A stretch of 24,724 bases of DNA. Origin: Candidatus Cloacimonadota bacterium (GTDB lineage: Bacteria; Cloacimonadota; Cloacimonadia; Cloacimonadales; TCS61). Shown here piece after piece: positions 10,228-16,803 of the stretch (its first letter is position 1; each line of letters begins with the position of its first letter). The notes beneath the pieces were generated by a model. The model searched no databases. It was not told where the DNA came from and was given only the letters and a program-made list of their open reading frames with translations. The stretch is taken from positions 1 to 24,724 of the forward strand of contig JAFGMF010000035.1 in assembly GCA_016927675.1 (NCBI GenBank). The letters are read 5' to 3'. The translations under genes and the position numbers were made by a program.

Positions 10228-10301
10228 TGGTTGGGATGGGAGGAGTCGAACCCCCACATACAGATCCAGAGTCTGCTGTCCTACCATTAGACGACATCCC
10301 A
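10228..10301 (-). tRNA. tRNA-Gln(CTG)
   Basis: Cloverleaf TGGGATG.../CATCCCA-A-CCA; anticodon arm GCAGA-CTCTGGA-TCTGT; T-loop TTCGACT; CCA encoded. Confidence 0.96.
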
Positions 10302-10363
10302 ACTTATTCACAGAGAAATTAACCTGTTTCTGATGAAAATTTAATTTTCAGTAAACAGATCAT

Positions 10364-10398
10364 GAGAAACAGCTCCCCTTATCAAGGAGCTGCATCTC
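10364..10398 (-). terminator. Hairpin downstream of tRNA-Gln(TTG), possible terminator or processing signal
   Basis: Minus strand GAGATGCAGCTCC-N9-GGAGCTGTTTCTC (13-bp stem with one mismatch and one G-U); only a short U tract. Confidence 0.45.
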
Positions 10399-10403
10399 AA
10401 AAA

Positions 10404-10478
10404 TGGTTGGGCCGGGAGGATTCGAACCCCCGAATGCAGGGACCAAAACCCTGTGTCTTACCACTTGACGACGGCCCA
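10404..10478 (-). tRNA. tRNA-Gln(TTG)
   Basis: TGGGCCG.../CGGCCCA-A-CCA; anticodon arm CAGGG-TTTTGGT-CCCTG; TTCGAAT T-loop. Confidence 0.96.
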
Positions 10479-10489
10479 TACACGATATA

Positions 10490-10584
<95 letters not shown>

Positions 10585-10598
10585 GTTCTTAAAGATCA

Positions 10599-10684
10599 TG
10601 GCGGAGGATGAGGGACTCGAACCCCCAAGGGCAAAGCCCGGCGGTTTTCAAGACCGCTGTCTTACCAGTTAGAACTAATCCTCC
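10599..10684 (-). tRNA. tRNA-Ser(TGA), atypical D-arm
   Basis: GGAGGAT/ATCCTCC acceptor, GCGGT-CTTGAAA-ACCGC anticodon arm, GGGC-TTT-GCCC variable stem, G73-CCA. Confidence 0.93.
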
Positions 10685-10698
10685 ATAAAGGGAAAAAC

Positions 10699-10727
10699 AA
10701 ATAATTTCTCTGAGTTTTTAGTGTCAA
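10699..10727 (-). promoter_or_regulatory. Candidate promoter of the tRNA cluster
   Basis: TTGACA (10727-10722), 17 nt, TTATTT; tRNA-Ser starts about 15 nt downstream. Confidence 0.45.
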
Positions 10728-10806
10728 ATGATTTTTTATCTCTCGAGGCACAGCTGGGATCTAAACTGAGAATAATACGAAAGAACATGATCGGATCGGT
10801 AGATTT

Positions 10807-11697
10807 TTACTGATAGCCGAATTCCTTGAGAGCGTTTTTTTTCTTACGCCAGTTTGGTTTGATCTTGATCCAGAGATGCAGGCGTATTTTTTTTCCGATA
10901 ACACGATAGATCTCTTTTTCTGAGGCGAGTCTGATCTTCTTGATCATTTCTCCATTTGTGCCGATCAGGATAGGTTTCTGGGATTTCCTTTCCAGCCAGA
11001 TATTGGCGGAGATTACGATCTTATTTGGTTCTTCTTTGAAATCTTCCACCACCACTGTGGATGAATAAGGTATTTCTTCTCGAAAATTATGAAAGATCTG
11101 CTCTCTGATTATCTCCTGAGCAAAAAAACGCATCGGCAGATCGGATATCTCATCTTCTGCATAATATGGAGGATTAAACGGCATATAGCCGGAGATCAAT
11201 TGGATCAGATCTGCAAGATTTCCAGTATTGATCAGAGAGATGGGAATAACACGCTCGAAACCGAACCCACCCAGTTCTGTTTCCCTGGAGCTTACAGTCT
11301 GGGCATCAGTTTTATCTATTTTATTGAGCAGGGCAATCTTTGGTGAAGGATGTCGTGTAATCAGTTTCAGGATTTCAAGATCATAATCGGTAGGATAATT
11401 CTGAACATCCGTGATAAAAATAATTAGGTCTGTATCTTTAAGAGAAGACATGATATAGCCGACCATTTTATCCTGAAGTTCATAACGTGGTTTTAAAAAA
11501 CCCGGAGTATCAAGAAAGATCAGCTGACAATTATCGCCGTTATATATTCCCTTGATCTGATGCCTGGTGGTTTGAGGTTTGGCGGAGATAATGGATAATT
11601 TTTCCTGAAGAATTAAATTAAGAAAAGTTGATTTGCCGACATTTGGACGTCCGATAATGGTGATGAAACCACTGCGGAAATTTTTATCATCTTTCAT
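10807..11697 (-). CDS. era: GTPase Era
   Basis: SGFITIIGRPNVGKSTFLN, AKPQTTR, FLDTPG, NKID, then a KH domain (EEIPYS, KPILIGTNG..IKKI, LWIKIKPNW). Confidence 0.97.
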   Translation of the reverse strand: MKDDKNFRSGFITIIGRPNVGKSTFLNLILQEKLSIISAKPQTTRHQIKGIYNGDNCQLIFLDTPGFLKPRYELQDKMVGYIMSSLKDTDLIIFITDVQNYPTDYDLEILKLITRHPSPKIALLNKIDKTDAQTVSSRETELGGFGFERVIPISLINTGNLADLIQLISGYMPFNPPYYAEDEISDLPMRFFAQEIIREQIFHNFREEIPYSSTVVVEDFKEEPNKIVISANIWLERKSQKPILIGTNGEMIKKIRLASEKEIYRVIGKKIRLHLWIKIKPNWRKKKNALKEFGYQ

Positions 11698-12719
11698 GAG
11701 TTTCCTTTACACAGGTTATAGATCAGTTTTTCCAGAATGATATATCCTTTTATGTCGGTTGATTTTAACTCAGTATCAGCCTGAAGGAGATGAGAAAAAA
11801 TGCCGGGGATATCTTTTCTTCGAAAATTAACTGAAAAATTAAGATAATCCTGACGAAAAGATGGATAAACCTCCGTCAGATGTTCTCTTTTAATCTGATC
11901 TGGGGAGACACCTTTTTCTTTGAGAACCGATACTCGCCAAAGCAGGTTGAAGAAACGTGTGAGCATGGTAATTATATAGACACCCGGTTCATCGTTGGCG
12001 ATCAGGTTCTCCAGAACAAGAATTGATCTGGGCAGATCTTTTACTCCCAGGGAATTCTGCAGTTCAAAAATGGAATTGGTCTTACTTTTACCTACTGCTG
12101 CCAGAACATCATCAACGGAAATATGTTTAGCCAGACGGGTAAAGATAATTAACTTTTCGAGTTCATTTGCTGCGATCAGATAATCAGTTTCAACCGTATT
12201 GGCAAAAATCTCAACAGCCTCTCGATCCATATCTATCTGCAGTTTACGCAGCTCAAAATTAAGCCACCGGGCGATATCAGAAGAACCGTAAGGCTCTTTG
12301 CATTCAACGCAGACTGCTTCGCTCATGAGTGTTTTGATCAGTTTCTGGCGACCGTCCATTTTATCGGAAACAACGATAAAAGTTGAAGATTTTTCCGGTG
12401 ATTCCAGATATCTCTGCAATTTATTTCTATCAAGAGGTTTCATCATTTCCAGATTACGCAGAATGATCAATCTTCGAGAAGCGATCATGGGCGGCATTTC
12501 AAGTTGTTCCAGTATTTCTGAAGAAGAACAAGTATCTCCGTATAGGATGATAAAGTCAAAAACATCCATCTCCGGTGTTTTTAACATTTCTATCAGGGAA
12601 CTTTGAGCAGTATCCTTAAGATACTGATCTCCGCCGAAAATATAGAATAAAGGCTGGGATTTGAGTGAATTCAGCTGAGATAGAAATTCATGATGACGAT
12701 ATACTTTTTTAGCGCTCAT
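11694..12719 (-). CDS. holA: DNA polymerase III subunit delta
   Basis: YIFGGDQYL, LEMPPMIASRRLII, NELEKL, IFELQNSL, LLQADTELKS, ILEKLI: HolA pattern at typical length. ATGA overlaps with both neighbours. Confidence 0.88.
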   Translation of the reverse strand: MSAKKVYRHHEFLSQLNSLKSQPLFYIFGGDQYLKDTAQSSLIEMLKTPEMDVFDFIILYGDTCSSSEILEQLEMPPMIASRRLIILRNLEMMKPLDRNKLQRYLESPEKSSTFIVVSDKMDGRQKLIKTLMSEAVCVECKEPYGSSDIARWLNFELRKLQIDMDREAVEIFANTVETDYLIAANELEKLIIFTRLAKHISVDDVLAAVGKSKTNSIFELQNSLGVKDLPRSILVLENLIANDEPGVYIITMLTRFFNLLWRVSVLKEKGVSPDQIKREHLTEVYPSFRQDYLNFSVNFRRKDIPGIFSHLLQADTELKSTDIKGYIILEKLIYNLCKGNS

Positions 12720-15196
12720 TCTCTTGATCTCTTCGGTTCGCCTGCCGTTAACTCGGTGATCAGAACCCCAATGGTCGCACTCAAAGAAAAGATAAATATC
12801 CTCCAGACAAGTTGTCCGGCAAAAGGTTCTTGATTGCCCAGCATTTGATTACCTCCTGCTGAGATAATTGCCAGGATGAAACCGCTCAAACTGCCGTAGA
12901 CAACTCTTTTCCAGAAAATCATTCCTTTTGCGGCGCGGGTTACAGCAGAGCCCATCAGCATCGGCAGGAAAAAAATCAACCACCAGAGTTGTCGTAAACT
13001 GGGCAGGTAATCCAGATAGCTTAGAAAATAATAATCTGTAAAAAACAGTGTGGCTGCAGCCAGAATAATCAATAGAGGAATATGCCAGTATCGAGGTTGC
13101 ATTTCTGCTCTGACTGCACTTCTTTCCACGAACTGGCGTCTAAGGGTAAGAGGCCAGTTATAGAAAAGATTATAGATCCAGTGCTCGAGTAAGGCTCCTT
13201 TCTCTCCGAAAACAGGAATGATATGAACCGCTTCAGTAGCCCAGTGACCAGCCATGAACCGGGCAAGAGCTGCATAACGGTATGTCATCTGAATCGGAAA
13301 AGCCAGATAACCGATGTATTTAAAAAAAGCCAGGAATACGGCTATGTTGTAATTTTTGAAATCCCGCTCCCTGATTACAAGGAAAAGCACATAAAGACCT
13401 CGTGCCAGAGAGCCCGGTGAAATCGGGATCACCTGAAATAGTGCAATAATGCCAAATCCTGTACCCCAGGCTTGAGCACGGGGTAATTCCGGATGAGATG
13501 TGATATAGATAATAGCTATCAGAACAGACACTATTTGTGTTAATGGGATCGTACAAACATGAACTGCCAGACTTTTCAGGTATTTCTGAATAAAAGGTTC
13601 CTTGATCTGAGCGGATATGGTCTGTGAATCTTCATCTGTGAGGATGTTTTTCTGTTTTCCTTCTTCCAGCATTTCATTGAGCCATTCTTCTCGCAAATTC
13701 GCATCGAAATAAAGTTTAACAGGCCGGATAAACAGAAAATAAAGCCGTTCCCTGAAATATCTCCGATCTGAGAAAAAACGATGAAGACCTTCAGGAAGCA
13801 GAGATAACAAAGAATGCCAGCAGTATGAGGTAAAGGAATGCAGAATAATGTCTACTTTTTCCGAATTGATCCTTTCGGCACGATGCCATTTGATCAGTCT
13901 TTCACAGATATGTGCCTTGATGGCTCTGATGAAATATCTCCGGTTTGAAAAGATCAATCTGTAATGTGACAACCATGTCTTATTGCCACAGAGTTTCAGG
14001 AAAAATCTGCCAAGTAATGGAATAAAATTTAGAAAATAAAATAACCTGCCTGCAAACATCTTCCGGTTGAGATATTCGGCAAAATCCTGATCAATAATAT
14101 TTCTGATCTGCCATGACTGGATTGCAGCGCGCAAAATAGTCTCATGAAGCTTTCGACTGAATAACAGCCTGAGATGATTATGGGTGATATCCGGTACAGA
14201 ATTACGGTAGAGCTTCTCTTTTTCTGATAATTCAGCAATCAGAGGCAGTAGATCGGTAAAAGCTTCTTTTCTGGTGTGAAGATAAAGTGTGAGTTTTTTA
14301 AGATTACCTCGATCAAACTGAACTAGACTACCTCGTTTTAAACCCTGCCAGATCAGTTTTATATCTCCGGGACTCATCGGCAAAAAGGGCAATAATACCA
14401 GACCTGCTCTGAAATCGACGGCAACCAGTCCCCGGGAGGGATCTGATTCGAAGGACTTTCGTTTCAGACAATTAGGTTGACTCTTGCAGGTTGTCCATTC
14501 GTATTGCCTTGCTAACTCAGGTGCTCCGATCTTGTGGAGCATTCTGACAAAATCATGCATGAAAGTGTATTTGGCTCTGTATTCAGGTGAACCCAGATCA
14601 GGATCGTTCACGATTTTTCCACGATGCCATTTTTTCAGAAGATTGAGATGATCATCTGCTTCAAGTCTCCATGTTCGGCCATCGATCCATTCCAGTATTT
14701 CTCCGCAACTTCCCAGTCTGGTATCAAGCAGAGTTCCGTGGATATCTGCAACCAGGTCTTCGCTGCCAAGTTCGATCGCAGCAGCTCTGCGGATGATTTT
14801 CTGCCAGAGAGCACCGGCTCTGGCTGCAGCGGGATTTACCTGCAGTTGAAAGAAACTTCCAAATCCGATAAAATAGAGGAGATTCCTGAATATACGGGCA
14901 AATCGGCCGGGAGGGATTAGTATCTTCATCGCATAAAGTGCTTCAGGATTTAATCCTGATACTCTGGCTGAACAGCTTTTTAACCTTACTTGATAAACCT
15001 GTCCGGCAAATCCTCCGCCAATGAATTTTTCTATCAGTAGAGTTATCTTTACAGTGCCGGCGGTTGTGAAAGTTTGCAGCTCATAGGTTAACTCAATCCC
15101 AGGTTCGTAGCGGTCGTAACGGAAAGGTCTCAGAATTTTCATGGATTTGAAGCGATCCATGAGTGAAAAGATTTTTGCAATACTATAAGTTGCCAT
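12716..15196 (-). CDS. Uncharacterised 826-aa protein: atypical protein-kinase-like N-domain, helical repeats, multi-pass membrane C-domain
   Basis: Long ORF within the gene cluster. Gly loop G60GGFAGQVY, beta3 Lys (AMK91), hinge-like EILEWIDG, KSQPN242, D261FR. About 6-7 hydrophobic helices after residue ~540. Start codon uncertain (M1, M13 or M19). Confidence 0.7.
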   Translation of the reverse strand: MATYSIAKIFSLMDRFKSMKILRPFRYDRYEPGIELTYELQTFTTAGTVKITLLIEKFIGGGFAGQVYQVRLKSCSARVSGLNPEALYAMKILIPPGRFARIFRNLLYFIGFGSFFQLQVNPAAARAGALWQKIIRRAAAIELGSEDLVADIHGTLLDTRLGSCGEILEWIDGRTWRLEADDHLNLLKKWHRGKIVNDPDLGSPEYRAKYTFMHDFVRMLHKIGAPELARQYEWTTCKSQPNCLKRKSFESDPSRGLVAVDFRAGLVLLPFLPMSPGDIKLIWQGLKRGSLVQFDRGNLKKLTLYLHTRKEAFTDLLPLIAELSEKEKLYRNSVPDITHNHLRLLFSRKLHETILRAAIQSWQIRNIIDQDFAEYLNRKMFAGRLFYFLNFIPLLGRFFLKLCGNKTWLSHYRLIFSNRRYFIRAIKAHICERLIKWHRAERINSEKVDIILHSFTSYCWHSLLSLLPEGLHRFFSDRRYFRERLYFLFIRPVKLYFDANLREEWLNEMLEEGKQKNILTDEDSQTISAQIKEPFIQKYLKSLAVHVCTIPLTQIVSVLIAIIYITSHPELPRAQAWGTGFGIIALFQVIPISPGSLARGLYVLFLVIRERDFKNYNIAVFLAFFKYIGYLAFPIQMTYRYAALARFMAGHWATEAVHIIPVFGEKGALLEHWIYNLFYNWPLTLRRQFVERSAVRAEMQPRYWHIPLLIILAAATLFFTDYYFLSYLDYLPSLRQLWWLIFFLPMLMGSAVTRAAKGMIFWKRVVYGSLSGFILAIISAGGNQMLGNQEPFAGQLVWRIFIFSLSATIGVLITELTAGEPKRSRE

Positions 15197-15209
15197 TAAT
15201 TTAAGCTCT

Positions 15210-16409
15210 TTAGAGGATAGCGGGGAGATCGGACTGGAATAGCTGGGAAGCCGGGATCAGTTCCAGATCAAGTTCGTCGATTAAAGCGAGGAATCTTTTC
15301 AGGTAATCAAGATGTACCTGACCGGCACAATGAGAGATTACCAGGATATAATCACGACTTTTACTCACAGTTTTGAGATAGTCGATCTTTTCTGAAAAGG
15401 TTTTATCCGAAATAGATGGGGTATCCAGGAAGAAAGTATTTTCATAAGAGGGAACCATCAATTCTTTAGCCATTTTATATGCAATTGAAGCTTGATTGGT
15501 GCGACTGTCTATAAAGAAGAGATTGCTTTTCTTCAGTGTTTCCAGAACAGCCTGCATCACGGCAGCATCAGTTGTAGCCAGGGAACCCATATGATTGTTT
15601 GCACCCACGCAAAGCGGAAGCTGTTTGATATATCCCTGAACTTTTTTCTTTATCTCCCGCGGTGAATCATGAACATAGATTGCGTTTTCACCGGGATTAG
15701 CCTTCGGATAATTCAATGGTTCCATAGGCATGTGGATAATCGTCTCATGTCCTTTTTCAGCCGCTTTTTCCATTACTTCGCGGGAATGCGGACAATGAGG
15801 TAAAATGGCAAAAGTGATCTCCTCGGGTAGATTCAGAAAATCATCAAGCAGCTTACCATTAAAATAGCCAAAATCGTCAATGACAAAAGCGATTTTGGTC
15901 AGCTTTTTACTGGTGCTGGCATACTGGGAATAATAAAGGTTAACTATGTATTTCTGATTCTGGCCAATGTCGAAAAATTCCAGAACCTGTCGGTTGTTGT
16001 TATTTTTTTCTACACCTTTCAGAATTCTGCCGCCGGCAAGTTCAATCTGACCGGTAATGATCGCATTGGCAAAATTCAGGTCCATGGTCTGGCTGTTTAT
16101 ACCTGCAGAAAAATAGATAGCATCATCTTTCTTTTCCTGGCGATATTTGGATTCAGGAATTCCCAGCAGTTTAAAGCTGTGAATTAGGGCAGATTCCAGG
16201 GTTATCGTATTTGCTTTATATTTTCCGGATAATCGATTTTCAGCAGATCGTTTTTGGAAGGAATTGGCCACTCGGCTGTCAACCAGCAGATAAAGGATGA
16301 TAAGTACCAGAATGACAAACCCAAAAGCATACAATGTTTTCTTTTTGTTTGCCGGATATTTTTTTTTCCTGAGTTTTCTTTTCCCTGATCTTCTATATTT
16401 CTTCGCCAT
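15210..16409 (-). CDS. Divergent polysaccharide deacetylase family protein (YibQ-like), membrane anchored
   Basis: Basic N-tail, one TM helix, spacer region, then IAFVIDDFG, FAILP, HMPMEP, NNHMGS, FFIDSRT, FFLD motifs. GAGGAG RBS. Confidence 0.88.
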   Translation of the reverse strand: MAKKYRRSGKRKLRKKKYPANKKKTLYAFGFVILVLIILYLLVDSRVANSFQKRSAENRLSGKYKANTITLESALIHSFKLLGIPESKYRQEKKDDAIYFSAGINSQTMDLNFANAIITGQIELAGGRILKGVEKNNNNRQVLEFFDIGQNQKYIVNLYYSQYASTSKKLTKIAFVIDDFGYFNGKLLDDFLNLPEEITFAILPHCPHSREVMEKAAEKGHETIIHMPMEPLNYPKANPGENAIYVHDSPREIKKKVQGYIKQLPLCVGANNHMGSLATTDAAVMQAVLETLKKSNLFFIDSRTNQASIAYKMAKELMVPSYENTFFLDTPSISDKTFSEKIDYLKTVSKSRDYILVISHCAGQVHLDYLKRFLALIDELDLELIPASQLFQSDLPAIL

Positions 16410-16422
16410 TACTCCTCACGGA

Positions 16423-16457
16423 CTGAGATTACACTCAGAGAGAGGTTCTAAAGTCAA
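16423..16457 (-). promoter_or_regulatory. Candidate promoter of the deacetylase cluster with an overlapping inverted repeat
   Basis: TTGACT (16457-16452), 18 nt, TGTAAT; CTGAG-N6-CTCAG at 16423-16438 brackets the -10. Confidence 0.45.
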
Positions 16458-16469
16458 GCAATTTGTTAG

Positions 16470-16499
16470 AAAAAAACCGATCCCCTCAGGAATCGGTTT
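16470..16499 (-). terminator. Intrinsic terminator after tRNA-Val
   Basis: Minus strand AAACCGATTCC-TGAG-GGGATCGGTTT followed by more T's (T7 tract in total). Confidence 0.85.
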
Positions 16500-16503
16500 A
16501 ATA

Positions 16504-16579
16504 TGGTGGGCACTGAGGGACTTGAACCCCCGACCACCTGCTTGTAAGGCAGGCGCTCTCCCAACTGAGCTAAGTGCCC
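16504..16579 (-). tRNA. tRNA-Val(TAC)
   Basis: GGGCACT/AGTGCCC-A-CCA; CCTGC-CTTACAA-GCAGG anticodon arm. Confidence 0.97.
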
Positions 16580-16646
16580 CGATAAACTGCAGGAAGCTTT
16601 TTTTAAAAAGCCATAACCTGTCAAATCATTTTTACCAATGCTGAAA

Positions 16647-16725
<79 letters not shown>

Positions 16726-16803
16726 AGCAGTAGCTACAAAAAAAAGGGGGATATCTGAGTCAAGCAATTTTTTTATGATAAATTATCTGGCTGCTTGGGC
16801 AGA

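Noticed and set aside
10105-10311. 68-aa ORF on the minus strand
   Set aside because: It is a translation through tRNA-Gln(CTG).
10599-10684. Possible tRNA-Sec or allo-tRNA
   Set aside because: The anticodon is UGA (reads UCA, Ser), not UCA, and the acceptor and T stems are canonical 7/5, not 8/5, 8/4 or 9/3.
12716-15196. Assignment of the 826-aa protein to UbiB/ABC1 or Hanks-type Ser/Thr kinases
   Set aside because: No KxGQ motif or Ala-rich loop of UbiB, and no HRDxKPxN, DFG or APE of Hanks kinases.
16297-16644. 115-aa ORF on the plus strand
   Set aside because: Antisense to tRNA-Val and the deacetylase start; WWALRDLNPRPPACKAGALP is the usual reverse-tRNA artefact.
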